Origin: Octopus sinensis
Taxonomy: Eukaryota
Direction of reading: 5' to 3'
DNA: 64,000 bases
Assembly (NCBI RefSeq): GCF_006345805.1
Contig: NC_043017.1
Coordinates: forward strand, 16,802,001-16,866,000
The notes beneath the pieces are model-generated. The model was not told the DNA's origin, did no database searches, and worked only from the letters and a program-made list of their open reading frames with translations. The translations under genes were made by a program, and so were the position numbers. This document shows positions 25,985 to 39,757 of the stretch, one piece after another (positions within the stretch are counted from its first letter, which is position 1; every line of letters begins with the position of its first letter).

Positions 25985-26351
25985 ACAAATTATAATCCCA
26001 TGTATTACGATGTGTGGGGCATGGTTGAGAAAGACACCAGCTACTCTGCCTGCAACACCAAGGCTGAGCAGCCAGCCAAGATCAAGGAGGTGTTCAAAGA
26101 ACTTGTCAGGGACAGTGAGAGATGCATGCTGCAGGTATACCCCAGACAACAGGACATGTGCAACCTGTGGAAAGGTGTGTCGTTCAGTTGGAGGATTAAA
26201 AACACATGTCAAAAGACTTCATTCTGTGGCACTGGTTCCTTCTGCCAGCCAGCACAATTCTGCATTATGTAACAAAATGTGCAAATCTTTGGCAGGACTC
26301 AACAGTCATATAAGGACTTCACACTGCATTACCAATGACTCATTTCAATGA
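25985..26351 (+). mobile_element. Junction of a maT-like transposase C-terminus and a two-C2H2 zinc-finger segment (probable RTE-type LINE tail)
   Basis: NPMYYDVWGMVEKDTSYSACNTKAE resembles the (SPD)LNP.DY.VWG region. It is followed by CATCGKVCRSVGGLKTHVKRLH and LCNKMCKSLAGLNSHIRTSH. Confidence 0.55.
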
Positions 26352-26566
26352 TTCATTCTAGTAATGGCTTTGCTTGGATACAAGAAGGAAGCATGCAAAT
26401 GTGTAGGTTAATATATGCATGTACATCACCACCATCATCGTTTAACGTTCGCTTTCCATGCTGGCATGGATTGGACGATTTTGACTGAGGGCTGGCGAAC
26501 CAGATGGCTGCATCAGGCTTCAATCTTGATTTGGCAGAGTTTCTACAGCTGGATGCCCTTCCTAAC

Positions 26567-26612
<46 letters not shown>

Positions 26613-29099
26613 CTGTATATATATGCATGTATTTTTATATATAATGTTGCATGGGCCAATTTAAATTCTAAGTTACATGCGTTTACTTATGTCTGCAAAT
26701 AAACAGCAGTGTACGAGCAATCATGAAATATTTCTGTATGCGTGTGTATTCGAGTAGAATAGTTTGCATGACGGATTTTCTGATACAGACGTGTTTTTAA
26801 TATCTTTTTTTTTAGACCTAAAAATCCACAATGTGAATCATAAGAAATAATACAAGTTGATGGTCTGTACTTTTACTTTGTATTTTGATATTTCATGGTT
26901 AGGTAGTTATGAGCATCTGTTTGAAGTGTGAGTACACTTCTACCGTGAAATACAAAGTACTTTTACATATTTCTTTACTACCCACAAGGGGCTAAACACA
27001 GAGGGGACAAACAAGGACAGACAAACGGATCAAGTCGATTACATCGACCCCAGTGCGTAACTGGTACTTAATTTATCGACCCCGAAAGGATGAAAGGCAA
27101 AGTCGACCTCGGTGGAATTTGAACTCAGAACGTAACGGAAAACGGAATACGGCTACGCATTTCGCCCGGCGTGCTAACGATTCTGCCAGCTCGCTGCCTT
27201 ATACAGTACTTTTACCATTAAATACCAGGTAAAATGCAAACCATCAACTATTATTTTTATAACTCGCATTGTTTTGGCTTAAAAAAAATTAAGAACTTAC
27301 ACACACACACACTTAAATATATATTATATGCTGAAATGTGTGAGCGTGTAAGAGAATTAATCAACTGCAAAGTTAAGTAAGTGATTCAAGGTCTCTGAGA
27401 TTCCCATGCATTGCACTTTTCAACTAAATTATAAATGAAATTTTCTTTATATGCACAAAAAATAAAAGATGATTGTTGAAAGGTTTATGTGTGTGTGTGT
27501 GTGTGTGTATTTATGGGTTTCAGCCATGTAGCTGGTGTCATGCTGGAGCACCACAGCACAAATAACCTCTGAAGCTGGTGAGATTGATTCTATTAACATC
27601 TTGCTTGTAAGTCAATGGTTTACAAGATCTGTTCCGAAAAGGGAGAACTGGGCACAGCATCCTTGAGAGAGGGATGCAAGATAAGCAAACGAGAGTAGAT
27701 GCGACAACTGAATCAAGAGTCGTCATGGGGAAGTGGCATGAGGTCAAGCCATCAGAGGACTCCACTAATTATTGGTGTTGGAAATTTAGATATAATTTTG
27801 TATAGATAGCCTGAATTAGTACCATGAAATATTGAACCATGATTAGAGATGATGAAGATTCTTAATTTTAACATATACAAGCAGACATACATATATACAG
27901 ACTGATAAACCATTACACACACACACACACATGTTTATATTTAAATAAATAAGAATACTCACACATAAATATTCTCATCACAGTGTTTTAAAACAAGTAA
28001 AAACATTAATTAGTTCCTCACAATTTCATCAAAAAGAGCCGTTAATGTTACGAGACCGCATAAAGTCAAATGTTCAACACAGATTTTTACCTCCGACTGA
28101 CACAACTTAATTTTTTGTTTTGTTTTTAATGTTCTTATTATTATCTTACTTTACCTTTTTTTTTTTTTTTTTGCCTTTAGGTAAACATTAAAACAGGTAT
28201 AGTCAGAAACTAAGCTTCTACATCATCAACAATAGATTTTCTTTTCTCATAACGAGTAGAATGAGAAGCTATAATTATCATTGGTTGGTATTTATGTCAT
28301 TGTTAATACGGATCAGCAATCAGAGAAAATCAAAATCTGAAATTAAGCCTACCTAAGTGATGCTCACCTCTAACTCTCAAAACCAAAGTTAAAGATTAAA
28401 AATCTTTACATAAAACTAACCAACGAACTGTTTCTTTTTACTATTATTAAATTTATTTTTCCGCATTTTTAGAAGATATTTTCTAATCACTTATTTTCAG
28501 AATTCTAATTCATTTTAACTCTTACTTTTGCATTTCAGCATCAGTTCAACCAATTCTGCTTCTCCCCAGAAGAAATCCATTCTGTAAATACACTGTAAGC
28601 AAGGTTACAAGGAGCCAAGCCTATAATGGAGGTTTGATTCTTCCTTTTGCTTCATATTACTAAACTGAAGTCATTATCTATTACCTCAACTACCAATATT
28701 CTAGAGAATGGCACCAGTGACACATCTCCATGCTCTGTATTCAAAATATTTCAATATATCAAGATTTTCTTTTACTTCAAAATTCAAATCTTATTGGAGT
28801 TGACTGCTATTTAACACACTTGAGCCTACATAATAAATCAATATAATCAACTACACACAACTCATCAGGAGAAAAGAAAAAAACATATACTCTGATTAAA
28901 GTGACATTATCTCGACAATTGACTGAAAAATGATGAGCTTATGCAGGCTAGAACCGAACCCACATATCAACACTAACATGGCTCCATGTGCATCCGATTG
29001 AGCCAGAACGCTCACTCATAAATTTCAGTCAAATTTTATGCCTAGATATTTAACTGTCTTGTACTACATTTAATATTTGTAGACAAAGCCAAAGGCTCA

Positions 29100-29840
29100 A
29101 TAAGTTATGCTCTTTCTCCATACCATCACTAGTGATCATACCAAACACCATGATGCTGGCTGGATGTTTGATTTGTTATCACTCTCAGTACATGTTTTAG
29201 GGACACAGCAAGCCAACGGTTGTCCTGGCAGAATTTTTTCTCGTCTGAGAAAAACCAAAGCATGTTCGGTTGGAAGGGGTGCTTCGGTTTCTTCAAAAGC
29301 TCCATAGCACAGTCTTTCCTTTTGTCCTTGATGGCTTGGGATAAAAACTGGCCCTTTCTCATCTTGTATGAGGAATATCGAATGCCTTCATGCACTACCT
29401 GCTTAATAAGAAACTCAGACACTCCCATGTCCTTGGTGATGGACCTGACTGATTTGGAGGGATCATTGTCAATCATTGGCTGGATCTCACCAACAAATTC
29501 AGGAGTTCTTTTCTTATCGGAACAATCAGAGTGAGTTTTCCAAGCTGCCATACTTTCGCAATCACCATTAGACTCAATCAACTCTTTCCAAATCCTCTGC
29601 ACTGTCTTCAAACAGACACCCAAACACTCTGAAATCTTCATATATGAGCTTCTGGCATGAATGCCAAGTGATACAGCATGAGGTTTCCAAATTTCTGGCA
29701 GACTGAATTGTGTCATGGTACTGTTTTTCCCACAGATGGTGCCCAACTGACCCAACTATACTGTGTAGTCAACAATATCAAAAACAATGCACGAAATTTA
29801 AAATATAAAATGACGACAATTTACCCATCGCACCCTATAT
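29100..29840 (-). mobile_element. Tc1/mariner (maT-like) transposase pseudogene, second copy
   Basis: ORF 29129-29755 with MIDNDPSKSVRSITKDMGVSEF...WFFSDEKKFCQD and the same TIR as 20660. Confidence 0.85.
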
Positions 29841-29873
29841 ATATATATATATGTATGTATGTATGTATATATG

Positions 29874-29904
<31 letters not shown>

Positions 29905-29911
<7 letters not shown>

Positions 29912-30810
29912 TGACAGAAGTAAATAGACCCCCATAAAACACAGTTTTATGTTTATTCTAACTTGTAATCGTTTATATTTTTTTATTAATTGATATTTTC
30001 ATGTTTCAGGTTCTATATGTGACTGTTCACTCATGCCATGTACAAAAGAAGTCTTAGAACTGTCTGAATTTCAAAGCGACCATATTGTGGTCACTCTGAA
30101 GGTGGACATATTTAGCATAAAATTGCAGAAAACCCTGGGATCCCACTTTCTACAGTTAATAAAGTGACTGTGCAATTCACCAGAGAGGGGAAGGAGTCCA
30201 CATCACCTCGCCCAGGTTGACCAGTGCCCTGTGACAGAACCCTTCTCTTTGTTAAGTGTGGAGGATAATCTTCACTGCAAGGCCTCTGACATAGCAGAAC
30301 AAGTTGGTATCAATCCCAGAACAGTTGTCGAGTATCTCCACAAACTTGGTTACTAGCCAATATCAAGCAGAGAAAATATTGGGCCAGTGAGATGGTGGAG
30401 AGGCCACTAGCATTTTGGGACAGTTGTATTCTCCATTGAGTCCAGATTTGCTGTATTTTCTGACATTGGTCGAGTGTGGGTCTGGAGACTCTGTGATCAA
30501 GAATTTGATGTGAAAAGATTGCAGCCAACAATGAAACATGGCAGTTATTCTGTGATGGTCTGGAGAGCAATTTGGAGTAATGATCGAACAGCGATGGTGG
30601 AGTGTGAAGGAAACATAAATTCAGATAAATATGTGTCCATATTGCAGAAAAGACTCCATCTTCTCAAGTGATGAAATGATTAAAAAAAGACTATTTTTGG
30701 AAGATGGGGCTCCTTGTCACATGGCTAAAATGACCCAAGATTTGTTGGAAGAGACTGGCATTAAAAAGCTTCCATGGACAAGCCAGTCACCCTATTGAAC
30801 ACCTCATACA
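29905..30810 (+). mobile_element. Tc1-type (DD34E-like) transposase remnant
   Basis: LQPTMKHGSYSVMVWRAI...NINSDKYVSILQK and EDGAPCH motifs, frameshifted. Confidence 0.8.
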
Positions 30811-32240
30811 GTTGTTCTAATAATACCTATTTCTTTATTGCCCACAAGGGGCTAAATATAGAGGGGACAAACAAGGACAGACAAAGGGATTAAGTCGATT
30901 ACATCGACCCCAGTGCGTAACTGGTATTTAATTTATCGACCCCGAAAGGATGAAAGGCAAAGTCGACCTCGGCGGAATTTGAACTCACAACATGAGAGCA
31001 AATATGTCCATAGTTCATTCCTATTTATGTTACCGTTAACCCCCACCCTCACCACAAGGCTCCCTAGGACCATTTCTTTTTACAATCCATTCCTCATTCT
31101 TACTATCATTCCTTCCCACTGACTGCTCTTTTCCATTCCTCCTCCATAAGATACATCTTAAGATTGCCAATACTTCATGTTTAACAACCTCTTTTAACTG
31201 TTATAATTCTCATTACCCTGTCATATCTGCTGTTGACACCACCCCAGCATTTATACCTATTTCTTTATTACCCACAAGGGGCTAAACATAGAAGGGACAA
31301 AGACAGACATAGGTATTAAGTCGATTATATCGACCCCAGTGCGTAACTGGTACTTAACTTATCGACCCCGAAAGGATGAAAGGCAAAGTCGACCTCGGCG
31401 GAATTTGAACTCACAATGTAACGACAGACGAATTAGGGCTACGCATTTCGCCCGGCATGCTAACGTTTCTGCCAGCTCACCTCCCACGCACTATAGTCAT
31501 GTCTATGCACCTTTGATATCCATCTCTGTCACTTTACTTCTCTCTCTCTCTCTCTCTCTCTCACACGTCCCTCACACCACTCTCCCACCCTACACACCTC
31601 CATATCTTTCTTTAGCTACTTATGTGTTTGTTTCTCCTACCGCTACCCTCCTCCCTTCCTCTACTGCCACTTATCACCTCTTCCTTCCAGAGACATTCCT
31701 TTTCTTTCCCCCCTCTCCCATCACCTTGCCATACTGATATTTACCAGACCATTCGACCACCCAAGCAGCCACCCTGGCTCCATTCACTTCAGTTACCTCT
31801 ACACCCATCCCTAACCATCTGTCACTCTCTTCTCATACTCTAATGAACTTATCTACCCACAATTACCTATTCCCTCTTATACACCATCTTGAGGGTACAC
31901 TCTGACACATCACCATCACCACCATTGTCTTATTTGCCAGCAACTTTCACTCACCCTTCTATAAACTGGGGTACTTCTATAGCACCTGCACCTGATCCTC
32001 TAACATACTTTAGTCTCTCAAAACCTAGCATACAAAGGTTGGTTTCATCATCTTTAAGCAATCAGAAAACAGGATTTGTGTGTATTTTGCTGTGTACCTT
32101 AGAATGAAAGCAAACATTAGGAAACAAGTTTTAAACAAAGTGAGAGCAATGCATGAGAGATAACATCTAACAAATAAAATAGACTTGTGTGTGTGTGTGT
32201 ATTCGTTTTCCATGCAAAAATGGCTGCGTGGATTGCTTCC

Positions 32241-32324
32241 ATAATTAGGATGTGCGAATAATTTGACCTTGGATATATAATAGGCTCTTCAGTTTATTTC
32301 TTTTATTAAAAATAGATAATATTG

Positions 32325-32368
<44 letters not shown>

Positions 32369-32444
32369 CAATATTATCTATTTTTAATAAAAGAAATAAA
32401 CTGAAGAGCCTATTTATTTCTTTTATTAAAAATAGATAATATTG

Positions 32445-32480
<36 letters not shown>

Positions 32481-32564
32481 CAATATTATCTATTTTTAAT
32501 AAAAGAAATAAATTGAAGAGCCTATTATATATCCAAGGTCAAATTATTCGCACATCCTAATTAT
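32241..32564. repeat. Nested perfect palindrome around two (TA)n tracts
   Basis: Arm A-(TA)n-A'-partial A-(TA)n-A'. The outer arms are reverse complements over ~85 bp. Confidence 0.85.
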
Positions 32565-33309
32565 ATATATATATATATATATATATAATTCACTTCTTTA
32601 AAAAGGTTTCTCCAATGTCAACTTCCGGTATTGAATTAACAACGGCAAAATTTTCCGTTTTTATTTGTGAAACCTCTCACTGACTATTTTAATGCTTTCA
32701 TTTCAAGTTTTAATTCCCTATTTGCCAAGTTCACAAATTTCGCTTGAATCTGCACACTTCGCTAATTTCTGTAGTTTTTTATTTATTTATTTTTTGCATG
32801 CCATGTTCATGTTCAGCTCTATATATTTGCAGTCAGTCACACACGAGCACATGTGTTTTTGTATGTATGTTTGTATACATTTATGTATGTGTGTGTGTGA
32901 GAGAGAAAGAGAGTGAAGAGGTGTGTTGTCATGTATACATACATACGTAAATTCATATGCAAACATCTTTTATGTATGTTTGTGTGTGCATGTGTGTGTG
33001 AAAGAGAGTGATGTCTAAGTGGCACTCTCTCTTTCTCTCTCTCTCTTTCACAAAAATGCATGCATATTTATGTGTGTATGTATACATAACACACTCATCC
33101 ACTCACTCTCTCTCTCTCTCACACACGTCCATTTCATCTGATGTTTGATACTGTATATGTCTGTGTCTGCCCATGCGTGCAGCGTTCCACATTCGACATT
33201 TATTTCAAGCACTCTTGTGAAGATATTCACGTAACTCATTTTTTTCATTTAATCCCTATTTTACTTTTCAAAAAGTTTCCAAAGTTTCTACAGAGAAGCA
33301 AAGACGAGT

Positions 33310-33675
33310 ACAGGTAGATGGATTCAATGTTGGATTCTGCAACTCTGTTAACTCTTTTAAGTATGCTTGCAAATATATAAGCAAAGGTTTAGATGCTGCA
33401 ACATACAATCTTATGCAGTATGACAGAGGAAGATACCAATGAGTACCAATGAGGCCTTTTTGGCGCATCTTCGATTTTCCCATTCTTGAGAGGCACCCAG
33501 CCATCATTCATCTGAGTGTCCATCTAAAGAATGGCCACAGGGTTATCTTCACAAAACAAACAGCCTTGCAACGAGCACCTTCACCAAAAGAAACTACCCT
33601 TACTGTCATTTTTTAAGTTGTGTCAAGAAGATGAAAAAAAACTCCTTTACCCACAATTACCCAAGTATTACATAA
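33310..33675 (+). mobile_element. Helitron Rep/helicase fragment
   Basis: FCNSVNSFKYACKYISKGLDAA, FWRIFDFPILERHPAIIHLSVHLKNGHRVIF and FFKLCQED..LLYPQLPKYY. Confidence 0.85.
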
Positions 33676-34961
33676 TACGCTATACTTTCATATCACGCAT
33701 ACACACAACCAAAAGAAAATACACATGTGCATACTAACACCTCCCTATATGCACACACACCAATTCGCTCTGGACACACGCTTCACAGCATAATGTGGTT
33801 GATAAATGCATCGACATGCGCACATACATATGGTTAGCCAACAAATGCACCCTCGCAACAGAAGAACAGACACACACGTTTACATACACAGCCACCAAGT
33901 TTAGCCCTTCACACTACACTCTAAAATTGATGCAACAAATACACACAGACACACACACAATTACTCTTTCGTAAAGACCCCCTTCAGTGATGAATGACCA
34001 TGGGACGGCATCTAGAAAGTTCCCCCCTCTGAGACACAAGTCTGGGGCAAGATTCTTTATGGAAGACCAACAGTCACCCATGCATACCAGCCATTCCTCT
34101 CCATGCCAACGATGTTATCCAAGGGAAAGGCAAAGGGGCCGATACAGCTCGGCCCCTGTGACATCACAACTCGTTACAACAGCTGAGCAAACTGGAACAA
34201 CATGAAATAAAGTGTCTTGCTCAAGAACACAACACACAGCCCTGTCCGGGAATTGAACTCACAACCTCATGATTGTGATCCTGACACTGTAATCACTGAA
34301 CCATACACTTTACACATACATACCCTCACATAAACACTGATACCTACACACACATTATTCACCTCTCGTTCTCTCTCTCAATTTTTTGGACAACTAACTC
34401 AGCTGGTCTCCAGCTTCTGGTCAGTCAATGCAATGGCCACCATGTAAGACCACCACATGTGGATGACCATGCCTGGACTCTTCTTTCCATGTTTGTTTTT
34501 CTTTTTCCTCTCTTTTCCTCTCATGTATATTCTGGGGAAAGACAATGTCCGAAGCATCACGACTGACAATTTCTACTTTTCCAACCATCAAAGCAATCAG
34601 TTTTTTGTCCTCTCCCTCAACCAAAGAAACACTGACAATGACCACAACAACACTAACATCAACAATGGTAATTCCAGCAACAATAACAAAAGCAGAAGCA
34701 ACAGTGACCACAACAACAACAACAAACACAGTGACAACAACAACAACAACAACCACAGTGACAACAACAACATCAACAAGGAAAGAAGAGAGAGAGAACT
34801 GGAGAAATAATGAATGGATATATGTTGACCTTCCATACAATGGAGAGAGAATAGAAAACAAGAGAAAGAACACAACAGAATCACAAGATGAGGTCACATC
34901 CTTAGGCACCACCTCTCTTACATCTGACACCACCGACATTGTGGTGGGGATTTCTTCACCC

Positions 34962-35065
34962 TTATACTGACAAGCGGGATGGGATGCAGTCAACCTCAGA
35001 ATAAAGGGTGCACACTTCATTAAAAGAAGACCACTCAGCCTTAACCTCCAGAATACTTTCAGAGC
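34962..35065 (-). CDS. Candidate alternative last exon: (S)SESILEVKAEWSSFNEVCTLYSEVDCIPSRLSV*
   Basis: Open in phase 1 from ttttattaaAG (35066) or from tcttcttttaatgaAG in the same frame. It is compatible with the internal donor A|GTAGGT at 38714. The acceptors are weak. Confidence 0.3.
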
Positions 35066-35069
35066 CTTT

Positions 35070-38000
35070 AATAAAACTTTTTTGGGTTTTTTTTTTTTTT
35101 TAAGTTTGTGTAGTGTATTAAAATTTCACCATTTCACACTTCACTTTTTCAATTGTTCTTTTTTCTCCATTTTTTTTTCCCCCTTCCCTTCTCTTCTCTA
35201 ATTTATTCACCACTTGTTCTTGAGTATTTTAAAAGTTTCTTAACTTAATTTTCCTTGGTTTATTCAGTTATATTTCATCCTCATCCTTTACCTTCCTAAC
35301 CTTTCCAACTATAAATAAATATATATATATATACACATACATACATACACACACATATGTATGTATGTGCATATACAACAGTGACAATGACCACAAAGTT
35401 TTACTATAATGAATACCAATATTAGGTATAGAACATTTTTTCCCCACTATTTAGCTATTACCCAAGTCAAACAAAATTAAAAAGGAATCATTACAATAAA
35501 TTACAATGAAAGAAAAGGGAGCCCCAGTTGCCAAGAATTCTTGCAACAAAGAGGCGGGGAAAATGTTTGAGGAAATAATCCTGCAAAATTAGAAAACAAT
35601 CCTGTAAACATAGAATATCAATTGTGGCATGCACGATGCAATGAGTAGAAGCCCAGTCACCTTAGTCATGAGTAAGACAAACATATCAACAACATGCAGT
35701 TGAGTCAGACATGAGCACTCAATACAAAGTTGTGCTTGTTAGTATCAGTTTCTTGACATTCTGAAATAGAAATTTTGCAAAAGCAAAGCAAAACAACCCA
35801 ACTCATTTTGTTGATGCACTAAAAATATGCAAATTTCATTGGTCGGGTTAGCATGGAAGTAATTTATCATTTCCTCAAGGCTGAGTAAAGGATGATAGCA
35901 TTCCGGAAGTGACCACCCCCTTCCCTTCTTTAAATCCAAGCTTCACCTCAAATAGAGTATGAATAAAAATTTCATGCAATTTCTGTTAAAACAGTTTAAT
36001 GTCTTTTATAAAAGAAATATAATAATAATCAAATAGTTACTACACGTTCTGATGCTTCTTTCACCGTGTGTAAAAATGGATAGAACAGTACAATTCAAAA
36101 TCAAAAAGTGAAATACTGTACACTGTACTTTTCTTTTTTTACTCTCCCCCAAAGAAAGGATACATTAGATTGAGAACATCTGATAAGGATCTTGAAAAAT
36201 ATCCGATGGTTGGACTATGTATGACCATAGAGACCAGCTTGGAGGTCAGTCTTCATAAATAGTATTTATTATTTTTAATGTTGATTCTCATTGTTTTCTA
36301 TTGATTTCCATTTGCCTTGTTTCCTTCTTATCATGCACCAAAAGATGGTTTGTTGGCATATCTTTAAATCTGAATACAGCAGAGCCACATTGCACAAATA
36401 AAGATTTTGTGAGTTAGCTAAAATTACCCTATACTCCTGTAATTGTTTCTATTCCTGGACAGTGACCATACTGGAGTACCAGCTTTGAAAGTTTTAGCTG
36501 ATTACATTGAGACTGGTGCCTTGATACTCATTTTACCAACATTCTAAACGGGAAACAAGTGGTTTGCTAAGAAGGTGTGACTTGGAATACCACAAACTAT
36601 TTTGCTTTAATATACCAGTTTCGCTTGACACTGCTGCTGTAGATGTGCAGCATGTGCACAAAAAAGTGTGGAGGGATGACAGGCTACGAAACAGTTTCTA
36701 TCACATAACACATACAAGGTATTGGCCAACCTAAGGCCATAAGTAAATGCACTTTAAGATGAAATTGGGAGTCAGATGGCTGTGAAGCAAACTTGATCAT
36801 GTCTGCACTGATTTATTATAAAAACATGGGCTTTTGCTAACTGGAATAGTTGCTAATGAAAGCCTGGTGTTTAAATGCCCTTTATACATCCAACAATGCA
36901 AATGTGTAACAGGAGTGGTATCTTAAGCGCAAGTGGTATGTGTATAGATGAAGCTCATAAATTGCTATTCAGTAATTCAAATCTATATTTCATGGCCACT
37001 GGATTTTAAAAGTGCAGTTTAAAAAGCAGTCTGAGCTAATTTTCAAGAACAATATTTTTTTTTTCTTTTTAATATAAAACATTTTATACATCTAATATTT
37101 ATCATCATCATCTGGCTTCCGTGCCGGTGGCACGTAAAAAGCACCATCCGAATGTGGCCGATACCAGCGCTGCCTAGACAGGCTTCTGTGCCGGTGGCAT
37201 GTAAAAAGCACCAATCCGATCGTGGCCATTGCCAGCCTCACCTGGCACGTAAAAAACACCCACTACACTCTTGGAGTGGTTGGCATTAGGAAGGGCATCC
37301 AGCTGTAGAAACATTGCCAGATCAGACTGGAGTCTGGTGCAGCCTTCTGGCTTCCCAGATCCCCAGTCGAACCCATGCTAACATGGAGAACGGACGTTAA
37401 ATGATGATGATGATCTAATTAGCAATATGATGATTGGTCTGATCATATGTCATCTTCAAATATTTTGTGGATATAGTATTCTTTTCAGAGATTGGACCTC
37501 ATAAACCTCTTCATGAAAATATGAGTTAACTGGGTCACAGTCCTTTCATTCCATACTTCACTACAGTATCAAGTCACTGTGCAGTGGAGCTGACTGGAGA
37601 CACAATACATATTCTGTATCTTGGTGTAAATAAAAGCGCAAGAGCAGTTGTCCAGGATAACTATTATATTTTGCTAAATCAGGTTAACCTTTCATAAACT
37701 TCAGCATTTTCACAGAGCAACAGACTCATAAATAATTTCTTTTGTTTGGGAATGGAGGTAAGAAAAGTAGTGGAAACAAAGTTACAGTCAAAGCACTTCT
37801 ACAACCTAAACAATAGCAGGACTTGAATACAGGACTGAAAGTCAATGAAGTACACACGACTAGTGTACTTAAATAAAATTAGGTGAGCTTTACTTCAGGA
37901 AAATTGTCTTGATTAACAATTCAATAGATCTTACTTTTTACAGAAGACTATGAAATTTAGTACATCTTTGAAAATGGTTAGAATAACATCTTAAATGTGT

Positions 38001-38682
38001 AATTTGCACAACTTCAAAATAAGAACAATAACAGAAAAGGGACCAGAGATTGAAATACCTGAAAAGAAATTTGATGCACTTCTGGTTCTTTGTACTTTTT
38101 TTTTTAAAATATAATTAATTAATAAAAATGAAACAAAATGGTTTTATATCTTAGAATATCAAAATACTAATAAAAAAAGATATTAAAAAAATAATGAAAA
38201 CATTACTAATATAAAAAAAAGATATTTTTAAAAAATAATGAAAACATAAATTTCACAATTTTAAATTCTTCAAATTTATCTTCAAAATGCTTTGAAAAGA
38301 ATAATGAAAACTGGTATCAAGAGATAAGATGCACAGTGTAAGATTACCAAAAGAAGCGAGTATGCAGCAAAAGAAAAGTTACAAACTAATTGTAACAAAA
38401 GTTTTACATGTTTAAAGATACAGTAAACGAGATGCAATTAGAAGACGGAATGGTTTTCAGCAGATAAAACAGAGCAGCAGCAACAGCCAGATGAAGAGGG
38501 TGGACAAACTAACAACATTTACCAATTACACACACATACATCAATTAGGTGTTATTAGCATTAACTGTATTAAATAAATAAATAATTGATAAGTGAGAAA
38601 GAGTAAAGTTCCAGAAGAATTTAGGAAAAAGAAAAGAAAAATCAAATCTGTTAAACAGAACGGCTGGGTATAGAGCACAGAA
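35070..38682 (-). other. Probable long 3'UTR (or last intron) of the minus-strand gene
   Basis: Directly follows the stop codon. It is U-rich on the minus strand and repeat-poor compared with the rest of the window, with AATAAA hexamers on the minus strand (e.g. near 36265). Confidence 0.45.
37110..37415 (+). mobile_element. Family C copy with internal ~55-nt tandem units
   Basis: Repeated GTGCCGGTGGCA(C/T)GTAAAAAGCACC units, AGGAAGGGCATCCAGCTGTAGAAAC and a (GAT)n tail. Similar copies at 41325-41600(+), 42100-42620(+) and 58545-58745(+). Confidence 0.85.
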
Positions 38683-38861
38683 TCATGCCATGTAGAAAGA
38701 TGGGTTGCACCTACTCGGATATCCAATCCACCAAGATGGTCCAGTGGGGAACGGTTGGCCTGGCAGTCTACCGACCCTCTTTACATAGCTGCCATCAAGA
38801 TCACTGGTGTCGTTATTACAGCTTCTAGAAAACTCGTCTACCATTGGCTGAGCTCCCGATC
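38683..38861 (-). CDS. Terminal (or penultimate) coding exon: GSGAQPMVDEFSRSCNNDTSDLDGSYVKRVGRLPGQPFPTGPSWWIGYPSRCNPSFYMA*
   Basis: Acceptor ttctgtttaatgtgtAG with a phase-1 start and 59 codons to TGA (38683-38685). It is a GC-richer island followed by U-rich, 3'UTR-like sequence. Confidence 0.8.
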
Positions 38862-39025
38862 CTACACATTAAACAGAATTTATGGACGAATCGAAAGAAG
38901 CATTTTTTTTAGAGAGAGAGAGAGAGAGAGAGGGATTAAGAAAGAAACTAAAGGTCTTTTGTTTAGTAAAGGGAAAGAAGAATGAGATCTATAAAAACAA
39001 AAGGATTTTAAAAAACACTACTGTA

Positions 39026-39072
<47 letters not shown>

Positions 39073-39073
39073 A

Positions 39074-39122
<49 letters not shown>

Positions 39123-39677
39123 AGTTCAGAATAAGTATAAATTTGCTTTTACTTTAAAAATGTGTGTATGATGATGATCATCATCATATGTGAAAATATA
39201 AATAAACAAGAATATAGAGAAAATTATGCAGGTGTATAAATGTGTGATGGACGTATATAAACTCTTAAAAGAAGTGAACAAATCAAATTTTCTCAGAAAG
39301 AAATTTTAAAATTTTCTTTTTATCTTTCTTATTTTATTTCTCATTATTAAAATCATCAACAAAATGCTCAGAATTCTTCACTTGTGATGTCTACTGAGCA
39401 ATATGTATGTATGTATGTATGTATTATATATATATATATATATATATATATTATGTGAAATAGAAAGATGAATAATCTTGTAGTAGATTAATCAAAAGTT
39501 TAACCGGTACCTTGGTAGCAAAAATCACAGCAGTAAACAGCACGGTTGGAGGTACAACCATATGGTGTTGCAACCGTGCGTTGGTGCGGATAATTGAAAT
39601 TAAAATATTATTGGTGAATTGAAGAAACACGTGTAGAATGAAATAAAACGATTTCTGTTCAATCTTCGTTCAGCTCC

Positions 39678-39757
<80 letters not shown>

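Noticed and set aside
28150-28620. Strong plus-strand acceptor-like tracts (28180, ~28545) and one at 61172
   Set aside because: No consistent open frame or partner exons. Poly-T tracts followed by AG are frequent in this composition.
32615-32660. ETS-like ACTTCCGG motif as a promoter signal (also CCGGAAGT at ~35903)
   Set aside because: Single 8-mers with no supporting start-site context.
34421-35020. Mucin-like Thr-rich plus ORF (34545-34970) and Val-rich minus ORF (199 aa)
   Set aside because: Both are driven by a degenerate (ACA)n tract that is open in several frames on both strands, with no convincing splice or start context.
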